A stretch of DNA of 64,000 bases, from positions 1,440,001-1,504,000 of the forward strand of contig CAWJCS010000003.1 of the NCBI GenBank assembly GCA_963841435.1, read 5' to 3'. This document shows, in pieces, positions 1-9,841 of the stretch. The notes beneath the pieces are model-generated. The model did not search any database. It was given only the letters and a program-made list of their open reading frames with translations, and had not been told where the DNA came from. The translations under genes were made by a program, and so were the position numbers. Each line of letters begins with the position of its first letter. Positions within the stretch are counted from its first letter, which is position 1. The DNA is from an uncultured delta proteobacterium. GTDB lineage: Bacteria; Myxococcota_A; Polyangia; Polyangiales; Polyangiaceae.

Positions 1-252
1 CGCGCCGGCACCGACGCGCGCCGTCCCGGCTGGAGCGGCATCGGTCGCGGGGCTCGCTTCGAAGCCCAAGAGCTCGAAGAACGAGCGCGAGCGCTCGAGG
101 TCGGCAACGACAATCTCCACGCGCTCGACGGCGCGCGCGAGAGGCGGCGTGTCAGCGACGACCGGTGCGGGCTCACCCGCTTGGGCGCGCGAGGCACCGA
201 GCCCGAACAGCGTGGCCGCGAGCACGGCGCAGAGGAAGCGGGGCGACGACAT
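1..252 (-). CDS. Exported VOC/glyoxalase-family protein, N-terminal part (runs off window start)
   Basis: Manual translation from ATG at 252: MSSPRFLCAVLAATLFGLGASRAQA (signal peptide), then AVERVEIVVADLERSRSFFELLGF, the typical first beta-alpha unit of VOC proteins. Not in the ORF track because it is truncated. Confidence 0.65.
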   Translation of the reverse strand, partial: MSSPRFLCAVLAATLFGLGASRAQAGEPAPVVADTPPLARAVERVEIVVADLERSRSFFELLGFEASPATDAAPAGTARVGAGA

Positions 253-392
253 GCCGCCTCTACGCTCGCGTGCCGGCAGGGTTACAGCGCCGGGGAGGTG
301 GGAGTCGCGAGCGTCGGCGCCGGTGGAAGCGTCGCTGCGGTCGTCGGGGTCGAGTCCGTAACCGGGTGCCGGGGCTCGGCGTAGCCGCGCCG

Positions 393-1325
393 ATGACGAT
401 CCACGCCGCCCGAGAGGGGGTCCGTGCCGACGGTGCAGCCTCGGATGCAAAAGACTCCCCGGCAACGAGGCTCGGCGTCGGAGCGTACCTCATGGACGGC
501 GCGCTGCTCGGGCTCTTCATGATCTCGGCGTGCGGCTTCGTCGCGCTTTTCGAGCACCCGGCGTCCCCCGTTCACGCGCTCGTCCCTTCGGCGTTCGTGC
601 GGCGCGCGCTCGTCGGTCTCGCCATGGGGGTAACGGCCGTCCTGCTCATTTACAGCCCGTGGGGCAAGCGCAGCGGCGCGCTGATGAACCCCGCCATGAC
701 GCTCTCGTTCCTCAGGCTCCAAAAGCTCTCGCCCACCCAAGCGCTCGGCTTCGCGAGCGCTCAGTTCGGCCTGGGCGCGCTGGGCGTGGTCCTTTCGAAG
801 CTCGCGCTCGGGCGCTGGGTGAGCGACCCGGCGGTTCGCTACGCCGTCACCGAACCCGGGGCGTACGGCGCGGGCGTCGCGTGGGTCGCCGAGCTCGGCA
901 TCGCGTTCGTGCTCGTGACCGTCGTCATGGCCGTCAATCGCGTCCCCGCGCTCGCGCGCTTCGGGGGCTTCTTCGCCGCGGCGCTCGTCGCGCTCTACAT
1001 CACGTTCGAGGCGCCGCTCTCGGGCATGAGCCTGAACCCCGCGCGCACCTTCGCGTCCGCCGTGGTCGCCGGCTCGTACGACGGCATCTGGATTTATCTC
1101 ACGGCGCCGACGCTCGGCATGCTGCTCGGCGTCGAGTGGGATCGCCGGCGCAACGCGCCGGGCGAGCCGTGCGGCAAGCTCTGCCACGACGCCGGCACGC
1201 CCTCGGCGATTCCGTGTCGTTGCCTCGAGCCCCGTTCGAGCGCCGCCTCTTCCGACCGCGAAGCCGGGGATGGGGCGGGGGCCGGCCGCCCGCAGGGCCG
1301 AAGGCCCGAGGACGGACGGGGGTAG
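393..1325 (+). CDS. MIP-family channel (aquaporin) with Cys/His-containing C-terminal tail
   Basis: Two NPA boxes (GALMNPAMT, MSLNPART) and about six hydrophobic helices; start ATG 393 is uncertain. Confidence 0.9.
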   Translation: MTIHAAREGVRADGAASDAKDSPATRLGVGAYLMDGALLGLFMISACGFVALFEHPASPVHALVPSAFVRRALVGLAMGVTAVLLIYSPWGKRSGALMNPAMTLSFLRLQKLSPTQALGFASAQFGLGALGVVLSKLALGRWVSDPAVRYAVTEPGAYGAGVAWVAELGIAFVLVTVVMAVNRVPALARFGGFFAAALVALYITFEAPLSGMSLNPARTFASAVVAGSYDGIWIYLTAPTLGMLLGVEWDRRRNAPGEPCGKLCHDAGTPSAIPCRCLEPRSSAASSDREAGDGAGAGRPQGRRPEDGRG

Positions 1326-1336
1326 GCGCCCGAGCT

Positions 1337-1780
1337 TCAAACGGCGGGAGCGAGCTCGGACGTGCACGCCTTGCAGCGCGTCGCCTGCTTGGGAACGCTT
1401 TCGAGGCAGAAGGGACACGCGCGCGTGTCGGGCTCGGCTGCGGGCGGTGGCGGCGCTGCGAGCCGCGCCTCGGCCGCCTTGACGATGCGACTCACGATTA
1501 AAAAGAGCGCCATGGCAACGATGAGGAAGTCGAGCACGGCACCGAAAAAATCGCCGTACTTCAGCACGACGCTGTCCTTGGGATCCGCCGCTTCACGCAA
1601 GACGAAGACGTGATTGCGCCAGTCACCGCTCGGCAGGACCAGGGCCACGAAGGGCATCACGAGGTCGGCGACGAGCGCCGAAACGATCTTGCCGAACGCG
1701 CCACCGATGATCACGCCGACGGCGAGGTCGACGACGTTGCCCTTGAACGCGAACTTCTTGAAATCGTCGAGAAGCGCCAT
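1337..1780 (-). CDS. mscL: Large-conductance mechanosensitive channel MscL with C-terminal CxxC..CxxC extension
   Basis: FKKFAFKGNVVDLAVGVIIGGAFGKIVSALVADLVMP and YGDFFGAVLDFLIVA signatures. Confidence 0.97.
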   Translation of the reverse strand: MALLDDFKKFAFKGNVVDLAVGVIIGGAFGKIVSALVADLVMPFVALVLPSGDWRNHVFVLREAADPKDSVVLKYGDFFGAVLDFLIVAMALFLIVSRIVKAAEARLAAPPPPAAEPDTRACPFCLESVPKQATRCKACTSELAPAV

Positions 1781-1816
1781 GATGTAGCTAGCCTCCTTTG
1801 TCCCGCGGGACCCCGC

Positions 1817-2731
1817 TCAGCCTTCCTTCTTTGCAGAGCTGTAGGAGTACACCAAGTTGAGAGTCGTCGCCGTGTCGAGCTTCTTCTTGTCCGGCAAGGG
1901 CATATTGTCGAAGCGTGCGTTGAATCCGACGCCGAGCGCAAAGCCTCCCACGACCTGCGCCGTGAAGAGGATGTCGTAGTTGGCGCGATAGCGGGACGAG
2001 TCGACGACGCTTTGCAAGTACTCGATGCCGTTCGCGAGCGTCACGTTATCATTGAAATCATGACGAAATCCGAGGTAGGCACGCACCGAGTGGTCGGTCG
2101 CCGTCTTGTCGACCAGGCCCGTCGGGTTGCCCGCATCGTCGGTCACGACGCGCCCCTCGTCCGTGCGGACGTCGTACTGGAAATCGTAGCCGAGCTCGCC
2201 CCAGAGCGCAGTGCTCTTCAGGTTCACGAACAGGTATTTCACGCCGGGGTCGAGGTTGAGCCGGAAGGCGACGCCCTGCAGCCGATCGTGCCGCCCCGTC
2301 ACGAGGGCGAAGAGGCTCAAACGATCGACGACGTAATAGTCGTAACGCAGGCGCCCCTGCAGGTTCTCGGCCGTCGTTTCCAACGGATCGCCGGGAGCGG
2401 CGCTGCGGCCGTAGTTGCCGATGAGCGACGCACCGAGACCGTGGGGGCCGACACGCGCTTCGACGTTGCCGCTGCCGGTGCTCGCGACCATGCGCGAGTT
2501 GCCGGTGGACGAGAGCGCGCCGGCCGAAACACTCACGGCAACGCCATCGGGCTTCTCTTCGACCTTCGGCGCCTCCGGGGCGGCGCCCGGGCCCTTCGCC
2601 ACCTTCTCGATGTCGGGCGGCGGAGCCGCGGCCAGATCCTCGGCGCGAGCTCGGGACGCAGACAAAACGATGCCGAATGCTGCGGCAAAAAGGGCGAATC
2701 GCGGGGCGAATCCGGATTGCGAGAGCGGCAT
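1817..2731 (-). CDS. DUF481/YdiY-like outer-membrane beta-barrel protein
   Basis: Signal peptide (..SASRARA), STGNS motif, RHDRLQG, alternating beta-strand pattern, C-terminal DTATTLNLVYSY. Confidence 0.75.
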   Translation of the reverse strand: MPLSQSGFAPRFALFAAAFGIVLSASRARAEDLAAAPPPDIEKVAKGPGAAPEAPKVEEKPDGVAVSVSAGALSSTGNSRMVASTGSGNVEARVGPHGLGASLIGNYGRSAAPGDPLETTAENLQGRLRYDYYVVDRLSLFALVTGRHDRLQGVAFRLNLDPGVKYLFVNLKSTALWGELGYDFQYDVRTDEGRVVTDDAGNPTGLVDKTATDHSVRAYLGFRHDFNDNVTLANGIEYLQSVVDSSRYRANYDILFTAQVVGGFALGVGFNARFDNMPLPDKKKLDTATTLNLVYSYSSAKKEG

Positions 2732-2872
2732 GGTCTTGACCTCCTAGGCTGAAGCGAACGGCCGGCGCCCGGGGGACTCTAGAGACCTCGCCCTCGAGCA
2801 ACAAGCCCTGTCGAAGCGGTCAAGGTGGGACACTCTTGCAGCCGCGAGCCCTCCCGGACGAAACTCGGCCGC

Positions 2873-3679
2873 ATGCATCGCGGCCTGTCGCTCCTGATTG
2901 CCCTCGCTTCTGTCGCGAGCCCGGCCTGCAACATCCCGAGGCCGACGCCCTACACCGGTGGCCCGGGGTTCCCGAGCTCCAGCCAACCGGCGGGCGGTCA
3001 GATGGCCGCTTCGGACGCTTCGGCAGCCGCCGCTGCGGGCGCGAGCGCGACGCCCGACAATCCGTTGCTCGGCCTTTGGAAGTCTTCCGATCAACAACTC
3101 GACATCAAAGGCGACGGCACGATCGTCATCAACGGCGAGCCCTTCACGTACGCCGTCGGCGGCCACACGCTGTTCGTGCAGGGGCCCGAGGGGACGGCTG
3201 CGTCATACCCCTTCGAGCTCTCGGGTGACGAGCTCAAGGTCACGGTGAACGGTCGCCTCGTCGTCTACAAGCGCCAGTCGCAGGGCATCATGGCGAACCT
3301 GGCGCCGCCGCCGGGCGGTGCGCCTGCGGCCACGCCTTCGGAGCTCGTCGGTAAGTGGTGCTACGTGGCGAACGTCACGGCGAACGACGGCGGTCGCCAG
3401 TCGAGCACGTGCTTCACGCTGAATCCCGACGGGTCGTACCAGTACCACTCCGAAACGAGCTCGAGCGGCCAGGTGAGCGGCCAGGGCTGGGGCACTTCGT
3501 CGCAGAACGACGACCAGGGGCGCTGGCAGGCGAGCGGGAACACCCTCACCGCGCAGTCGCAGAGCGGCAAGGTCTCGACGTTCACCTTCGAGAAGAGAAA
3601 CCACCCGAAGACGAACGATCCGATGCTGGTCTTCGGCAATCAGGCGTTCGTCACGTACTACCAGAAGCCGCCCTGGTAG
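2873..3679 (+). CDS. Hypothetical lipoprotein with two lipocalin-like beta domains
   Basis: MHRGLSLLIALASVASPAC lipobox-like N-terminus; two 'L.G.W' starts (LLGLWK, ELVGKWC), each followed by a 'DG(T/S)' beta-hairpin. Confidence 0.6.
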   Translation: MHRGLSLLIALASVASPACNIPRPTPYTGGPGFPSSSQPAGGQMAASDASAAAAAGASATPDNPLLGLWKSSDQQLDIKGDGTIVINGEPFTYAVGGHTLFVQGPEGTAASYPFELSGDELKVTVNGRLVVYKRQSQGIMANLAPPPGGAPAATPSELVGKWCYVANVTANDGGRQSSTCFTLNPDGSYQYHSETSSSGQVSGQGWGTSSQNDDQGRWQASGNTLTAQSQSGKVSTFTFEKRNHPKTNDPMLVFGNQAFVTYYQKPPW

Positions 3680-3734
3680 CGGGCTCGTACTACTCCGCCA
3701 GTCTTTTTCAGGAGCAGATCTCGATCGAGTCGCG

Positions 3735-4892
3735 CTAGAGCGTACCGCCGAGCGAGGCGACGCCGCGCCGTCCGTTGACGCGAAAGCTCGGGTCGCGTGC
3801 CTCGAGCTCCCTTTGGCGCTCGGCGTCGAGCCCGACGAGCGGGTCGCTCTTGTTGGTGCGAAGAGCGAGCAGGGGTGCGGGAAAGTAATCCGTCGCCTCG
3901 GCGAAGGAGACGCCGGGCGGGTAGCTCGCGTCACCGAGCGCACGCCGGTAATTCGCGTCACCCTTGAGGATGACGAGACGCGCCCCGGCGAGCTCCGCCA
4001 CCAGCTCCGCCGGCGCTTGCCAGAGTGAGTCGGGGCCGTTCCAGAACGGGTGCGACCGAAGCTCGATGCGGCCGTCAGCGAGCGCCGCCCGGAGCCGCTC
4101 GAGGAAAGTCCGCCCCGCGACGAACCTCGGCTCGCGCTCGGCGGGCGGCCGGAGGAAACCGAGGACGTCCGCCTTCGTGGCGTCGCTGACGAACGTCGGG
4201 TGAATCTTCAGGTGGAGCACGACGTTCGCTGCCAGGTGCCTGAGCACGAAGTCCACGAGCACGAGATCCAGCGTGAGCTCCGTGCCCGCGTTGTCGACGA
4301 CGACGTGGACGGGACCCGGCCGAGCGCGTGCGAGCTCGGCGGCTCGCTCGCGATCGTCGAGCAAGAGGTCATCGCTCGAAGCCTCGAGACCGTGCTCGCG
4401 AGACGCCGCGAAGCTCAGGTCCATGCGGTTGCCGAACAGCGCCGCGAAGAACAGCGCGCCGAGATCGGCGCCGCGCGCCTCGGCGAGGGCGAGCCCGCTC
4501 TCGAAGGCACGCGCGTGGGCGGGGCTCGCGTATTCTTCCTCTTTGGTCGAAAGGAACGGATCGCGGCCGGTCTCGAAATAGCCGACCCGCTCGGCCAGCT
4601 GCCGGTACGCGTACGTTTCGGCGAAGAACCAGTCGCTCGAGAGCCAGCCCTCACCCTGGCGCGCCTCGAGGGCTCGCGAAAACCCCGAGTCCGGCTGCGA
4701 GCGGACGAGTGACGGAAAAGGAGCACCGGCTCTCAGGTCGTCTGCCAGCTCCCGAACGGAGGTCGCGATCGACGCCGAGTAGTCGGGGTTCTGCGCGAGC
4801 ACCGTCTCGAGGATAGCGGGCACGCGCACGGCCATGGTGTGCCGCGCGAATTCGTTGTCGTCGGTGCGGATCCGCGGCGGACGCGAGAGCAA
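3735..4892 (-). CDS. Damage-control phosphatase, ARMT1/DUF89 family
   Basis: Motifs WFFAETYAY, GNRMDLS, VVDNAGTEL, PTFVSD, ILKGDANYRR, ALRTNKSD. Start uncertain (TTG 4892 or ATG near 4836); the upstream part of the 815-aa ORF is not credible. Confidence 0.88.
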   Translation of the reverse strand: MLSRPPRIRTDDNEFARHTMAVRVPAILETVLAQNPDYSASIATSVRELADDLRAGAPFPSLVRSQPDSGFSRALEARQGEGWLSSDWFFAETYAYRQLAERVGYFETGRDPFLSTKEEEYASPAHARAFESGLALAEARGADLGALFFAALFGNRMDLSFAASREHGLEASSDDLLLDDRERAAELARARPGPVHVVVDNAGTELTLDLVLVDFVLRHLAANVVLHLKIHPTFVSDATKADVLGFLRPPAEREPRFVAGRTFLERLRAALADGRIELRSHPFWNGPDSLWQAPAELVAELAGARLVILKGDANYRRALGDASYPPGVSFAEATDYFPAPLLALRTNKSDPLVGLDAERQRELEARDPSFRVNGRRGVASLGGTL

Positions 4893-5252
4893 GGGGGACG
4901 GAATGCTCGCGCGGGCGCCCGCCGCGGGCAACCCCGGGAGGCGACCCACGCGTTCTCGAGCCGCGGCGGACTGCGTGCGGTCGACGACGTGATCCGGGTG
5001 CTGGCGCCGCTCGACGAAGCCTGGCGCGGCCGTCCGGGAGCAGGGCCGCGCTGACGCCGTCCGGGCCCGCTGACTCGAGCTCGGTTCGCCGGCCAGTCGG
5101 GGGGCCGGGTGGGTGGGTGGACGGAACGTGACCACCCGTTTTCGTGATCGGGGAACGCTCGACGCGCATTGATGCGGCTGGCGTGACGACCACGCCGGCC
5201 TTCGCCTCGCCGGGACCCGTGAGCGACGGAGCCCTTGTCGGCGCGTCCCCGC

Positions 5253-6929
5253 ATGCCCCCATCCATTCCGAGGCTCCTTTCGTACCCGTCGTCGGTGCTC
5301 GTCCTGGGCGCCGCGCTCGGTTCGTCGTTGGCGAGCGTCTCGGCCCGCGCCCAGGAGATGGCCGAGCCCCCGGAGCAGGCGGAGCGGCCGACCCCCGCTC
5401 CACTCCCAACCGCGAGGCGCGCCAAGCCTCTGCAGTTCACCGTGGGAGCCCCGCCGAGCTCGCAGGACCTCGGTAGCGAGGCGGACCTCACCTCCCAGTC
5501 GGGTCCAACCCAGGATCTTGCCGCCGTGCTCGGCCAGTGGTCCTTCGTCCTCAAGGGCTCGGTGCGCGTGCCCATGCGGGTCGGCATCGGCCCCCGGAAC
5601 GACGGCCGGTCCGGCAGGGAGCTGCACTCGCCGCCCCGCATCGTGGGGCTCAGCTCGGGTGACTGGAACTACGTCGCGCTCGCGCCGAACGCGTCGGCGG
5701 GGCTGACGCTGCAGGCGGGCAACCCACTCGCGACGGGAACGCTGATCTTCAAGGCGAGTCACCTCATCGACCCCGGCTACCACGTCACCGACGACACGGG
5801 CCTCGACTCCGCGTACCTGACGCTGAAATTCCCTGACGCATTCGGGTCGCGGGGCGGGTTCGCCGTGCTCGCCGGCGTGTTCTCCGAGCGCTTCGGCATG
5901 TCGGGGCGCTACCAGAAGAGCTCCGGCCACTACTCGACGTACCTGTTCGGTCGCACGCACCAGGCGGGCGAATCGGTGACGTTCGACATCGACATCACGC
6001 CGAAGGTCGAGCTTTTGCTGGAGAACGGCGTGGGAGCGAAGACGGACGTCGTGCCGTTCCTCTCGAAACCGCCGGAAGCCGATTTCATCCAGGGCCAGGG
6101 GCCGCAGCCGTACGGCTCGACGTTCGTCCACCACTCGCACGCGTCGGTGATCATCGACAACTGGTTGCGCTTCTCGGGGCACTACCTGATGTCGTGGTCA
6201 CCGGACGACAACTCGCTCGCGCTCGAGCATGCCCCCTTGTCGCGCCTGGTCTCCACGGGCGGCGAAGTGCACGCCGACAGCGAGAACCTGAACGCGTACG
6301 TCGGCTACTCGCACATCGACGGCCAGAATCTCTTTCCGTTGGGTGACGCGCTCCAGGTCCTCCACAGCGGCGCGGGGCGCGCCTTCAAGCTCAACTATTT
6401 CGGCCAAAAAGGCCGGCTTCCCGACGACGATCCGCGGCTTCAGGGAGGCCTCACGCCCAGCAACGTCGCGGGCACGCTCGACACCATCCTGTGGGAGGCC
6501 GTCGGTCACTCGGCGTTCTTCGGTGACCCGTTCGGCGGGCGCGACCTCAACGTCGGCATCTACGGCATGTTCAACGTAGCCCGCAGCCCGGTCGTGGATC
6601 CCAACGACAAGAGCGCGTTCGACATCCACACCTACAAGCTGAAGCTCGGCGTCGACGCCGAGATCGAAGCGCTGCGCTTCATGTCCGTCGCCCTACGCGC
6701 CGACCGCGTGATCCCGAAGCTCGGCGTCGCGCCCGAAGACTCGGATGCCTACACGGCGCTGTCGCCGCGTCTCACGTTCCACACCAGGCCCGGGAGCAAA
6801 GAGCATGTTCACCTCCAATACACGCACTTCTTCCTCGGACCACGAACCGTCCCCGGCTCGCCCTACACCGACGGCTACTACAAGGCCGACCCGGACATGG
6901 TCGTGCTCACGGGCAGGATGTCCTTTTAG
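5253..6929 (+). CDS. Putative outer-membrane beta-barrel protein (unknown family), paralog A
   Basis: Signal peptide (..SVSARA), Pro-rich linker, amphipathic strands, terminal Phe (VVLTGRMSF); strong block similarity to 6932..8785. Confidence 0.65.
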   Translation: MPPSIPRLLSYPSSVLVLGAALGSSLASVSARAQEMAEPPEQAERPTPAPLPTARRAKPLQFTVGAPPSSQDLGSEADLTSQSGPTQDLAAVLGQWSFVLKGSVRVPMRVGIGPRNDGRSGRELHSPPRIVGLSSGDWNYVALAPNASAGLTLQAGNPLATGTLIFKASHLIDPGYHVTDDTGLDSAYLTLKFPDAFGSRGGFAVLAGVFSERFGMSGRYQKSSGHYSTYLFGRTHQAGESVTFDIDITPKVELLLENGVGAKTDVVPFLSKPPEADFIQGQGPQPYGSTFVHHSHASVIIDNWLRFSGHYLMSWSPDDNSLALEHAPLSRLVSTGGEVHADSENLNAYVGYSHIDGQNLFPLGDALQVLHSGAGRAFKLNYFGQKGRLPDDDPRLQGGLTPSNVAGTLDTILWEAVGHSAFFGDPFGGRDLNVGIYGMFNVARSPVVDPNDKSAFDIHTYKLKLGVDAEIEALRFMSVALRADRVIPKLGVAPEDSDAYTALSPRLTFHTRPGSKEHVHLQYTHFFLGPRTVPGSPYTDGYYKADPDMVVLTGRMSF

Positions 6930-6931
6930 CC

Positions 6932-8785
6932 ATGACCCCGCGTAAGCTCCGCACGTCCTTCGTCACGGCGCTCGCCTTCGCCACCCTGCCGAGCGCAGCG
7001 CGTGCCCAGCCAGCCCCCAATCCTGTCACCAAAGAGGAGGCCCCGTCGTCACCCGAGGCTCCCGCAGAGCCCGTCGCGGCTCCCGCCGCCACCGCCGAGG
7101 CACCGGCGGCGCCGGCCGCGCCAACCGCCGCGCAAGCCCCCAAGGAGGACGCAAAGCCAAAGCCTCCGCCCACGGTTTTTCCTCCGCCCGTCACGCGCCC
7201 GCCGCGCCCCATGCGCGGCAAGCCCCAGGTGACGACGCTCGGTCCGGACCCGGCCGCGCCTGACTTCGGCGCCGAAGCGGACCTCGTCAGCACCTCGGGA
7301 GCACCGAAGCCGCCCCTGCAAAACCGTCGCTGGTCTTACACGCTGAGCGGCTTCTTCCGTGCACCGGCACGGGTGGGCATCGGGCCCGAGACGGGAAGCA
7401 CCGACGGCACGCAGCTGCACAGCCCACCGCGCATGGTCGGTCGCACCCCACACGAGTGGAGCTACATCAACGTCGCGCCGCCACCGGTCGGCCAGTTCGG
7501 CCTCACCGTCGCCAACCGACGCGTGTCGGCGAACCTCCTGCTCGGCGGCGACACCTTCGTCGACGCCGCCTATCCGATCCTCGACGAGCTCGGCGGGTTC
7601 ACCCAGGCCTGGGTGACGCTCACCTGGCCCGAGCTCTTCGGGACCGACGGTGGCCTCGGCTGTTCGGTGGGAGCTTTCTCCGAGCGCTTCGGCATGGCGG
7701 GGCCCTATCAGGAGTCGAGCGGCTACTACGGCACGTATCTCTTCGGCCGCACGCACGTCGCGGGCGAGTCGTGCACCATCGACATCGACGTCGGCGACGA
7801 CACCGAAATCATGGTCGAAGAGGGCGTGGGCGCGAAGGTCGAGGTCGTTCCGTTCCAGAAGTCGGGGGCCCCCGTGGCGCCCTACCTGCCGAACCAGGGC
7901 CCGGTCCCGCAGGGGTCGACGTACCTCGTGCACGGGCACGTGGGCTTGCAGCAGAGCGACTGGCTGCGCATTGCCGCCCACTACCTGTACGCGTTTTCGC
8001 CCGACGATCTCGCTGACGCCAAGCTCACGCCCTCGCGTACGGCGAAGCTCACCATCCTGGGCGGCGAGATCCATGCCGACCATCCGGTCGCGGGCAGCGG
8101 CTACATCGGCTACTCGTACATCGACGCGAGGCGCATCTTGCCGCTCTCGGACGCCGTCGAGGTCCTTCACAGCACGACCGGCGCCGTGTTCAAGGAAAAC
8201 TACTTCGGGCCATTGCCGGCGGCGACGGCTTCGGGGCTGCTCACCAACAACGATCGCCCCGGACGCGACGACTCGGGCACGGTTCAATCGGTGCTGCTCC
8301 AGTACATCATCAGACTGGCGCCCCTGCTCGGCCGTCGCGAGCCCGGCGCCGACGTGGCGCTCGCCGTCTACGGCATGCTCAATCACGTCGAGGCCCCGAA
8401 GACGGAGCTCAACGGTCAGCTCTTCTTACCGGGAACGAGCCAGCCCGTGCCCGCCTACACGCTCAAGCAAGATCGCTTCAAGCTCGGCGGAGAGCTCCAG
8501 GTCTCGCCGCTTCATCACGTGTCGGTCGGAGCGCGGTTCGACCGCGTGATGCCGGACGGCGGCAATGCCGACGTCGCCTACTCGGCCCTTTCGCCGCGTG
8601 TCGTCCTGCACACCAACTGGCTGAGCCGCGAGTACATCGTCCTCAATTACACGCACTTTTTCCTCGGCAAGGGCGTGCGCCCGAGCGCGCCCTACGATCA
8701 GCCGAGCCCCCCGGAAGAGCCGTACAGGTCGCTCACCACGCCCGATCCGAACCTCATCTCGCTGACCGCGATGCTGGCGTTCTGA
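6932..8785 (+). CDS. Putative outer-membrane beta-barrel protein (unknown family), paralog B
   Basis: Signal peptide (..PSAARA), long Pro/Ala linker, terminal Phe (ISLTAMLAF); starts 2 bp after the paralog A stop. Confidence 0.65.
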   Translation: MTPRKLRTSFVTALAFATLPSAARAQPAPNPVTKEEAPSSPEAPAEPVAAPAATAEAPAAPAAPTAAQAPKEDAKPKPPPTVFPPPVTRPPRPMRGKPQVTTLGPDPAAPDFGAEADLVSTSGAPKPPLQNRRWSYTLSGFFRAPARVGIGPETGSTDGTQLHSPPRMVGRTPHEWSYINVAPPPVGQFGLTVANRRVSANLLLGGDTFVDAAYPILDELGGFTQAWVTLTWPELFGTDGGLGCSVGAFSERFGMAGPYQESSGYYGTYLFGRTHVAGESCTIDIDVGDDTEIMVEEGVGAKVEVVPFQKSGAPVAPYLPNQGPVPQGSTYLVHGHVGLQQSDWLRIAAHYLYAFSPDDLADAKLTPSRTAKLTILGGEIHADHPVAGSGYIGYSYIDARRILPLSDAVEVLHSTTGAVFKENYFGPLPAATASGLLTNNDRPGRDDSGTVQSVLLQYIIRLAPLLGRREPGADVALAVYGMLNHVEAPKTELNGQLFLPGTSQPVPAYTLKQDRFKLGGELQVSPLHHVSVGARFDRVMPDGGNADVAYSALSPRVVLHTNWLSREYIVLNYTHFFLGKGVRPSAPYDQPSPPEEPYRSLTTPDPNLISLTAMLAF

Positions 8786-8879
8786 GCCGGCGGCCGTGCC
8801 GCGCAGGGGTGCCGTTCAGGTGGCAGCGCTCGAGCGCGTGAACACGCCCGCGACGCGCCAGCTGCGAGCTGGTCCGCGC

Positions 8880-9839
8880 TCAGGGCTCGGTGACGTGCAC
8901 GTCGTCGAAGACGGCGACGCAGTCGCGCGTGCCGAGCGCGATGCCACCCTGGGCGAGCGGCGCGTCATCCGTCGCCGTTCCGAGCACCTCGCCGTTGACC
9001 TCGAGCGTCACGTCCGCGCCGGCGAGCGTGAGAGCGAGCGTGTGCCACGTTCCCATGCCCGCCACGATGGGGTCGATATCGAAGGTCAAGACATCGGTGC
9101 TGCTACCGTTGGTCTTGCGACGCACCTTCGGCTTGCCGTCGGAGCGAAACTCCGCAAAGTAGTAGTTCTTGTCGCCGGGCGCCCAGCGTGCGCCAAGGTA
9201 GATGAGCCCGTCCCCGGCGGCGGTTTCGGACACGAACATCACGCGCGCTTCGATGCGCACGTCGGTCCAGTATCGATCGCCGCCAACCGTCCAGCTCTCG
9301 TCGCCGTAGGCGGTGCCCTCCTGATAGACCTTGTTGCCGCCATCGTCGATGACGGACCAATCGCCCACGACACTGCTGTCGGCGGGCGTCGGCGCGTCCG
9401 CGAACCAATCGAGGGCGTCTCCGTCCTCGAAATCGTCGGTGTAGGGCAGCGGGATGGTCGCCTTCGGTCCGGCGGCGGTGACGCCGGCCGTACCGCTCGT
9501 GCCGCTCGTGCCGCCCGTCGCGCTCGTACCGCCGCGACCGGCGGTTGCCCCGCTGCCGCCCATGGAACCGCCGCTGCCCGACGACCCCGAGGCGCCGCCC
9601 CCGCTGCTGCCGCTCGAGCCGCCCGCATCGACGCCCGCGCCGCCCGTCGCGGGCTCGCCGCCCGTGCCCGACGTACCGGCCACCTCGGAGCCACCGAGAC
9701 CGGACCCCGACGACCCCGACGTGCCGCCGCCGACGCTCGGGCCGTCACCGAGCACGATGGGGTCGCTCTCTGCCGTGGCGCACGCCGTCACGAGCGACAG
9801 CGCCGCCAAGGTCCTACCGAGCCTCGGTACGTCGCGCAT
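8880..9839 (-). CDS. Lipoprotein with Gly/Ser/Thr linker and C-terminal concanavalin-like (CBM66/DUF1080-like) beta-sandwich
   Basis: Lipobox LVTAC; linker; domain starting YTDDFEDGDALDW with WTDVRIEARV, WHTLALTLAG, GGIALG, FDDVHVT. Confidence 0.7.
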   Translation of the reverse strand: MRDVPRLGRTLAALSLVTACATAESDPIVLGDGPSVGGGTSGSSGSGLGGSEVAGTSGTGGEPATGGAGVDAGGSSGSSGGGASGSSGSGGSMGGSGATAGRGGTSATGGTSGTSGTAGVTAAGPKATIPLPYTDDFEDGDALDWFADAPTPADSSVVGDWSVIDDGGNKVYQEGTAYGDESWTVGGDRYWTDVRIEARVMFVSETAAGDGLIYLGARWAPGDKNYYFAEFRSDGKPKVRRKTNGSSTDVLTFDIDPIVAGMGTWHTLALTLAGADVTLEVNGEVLGTATDDAPLAQGGIALGTRDCVAVFDDVHVTEP

Positions 9840-9841
9840 CG

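Noticed and set aside
4893-6182. N-terminal about 430 aa of the 815-aa minus-strand ORF 3735..6182
   Set aside because: Arg-rich shadow of the + strand gene at 5253; DUF89 motifs begin only near 4890.
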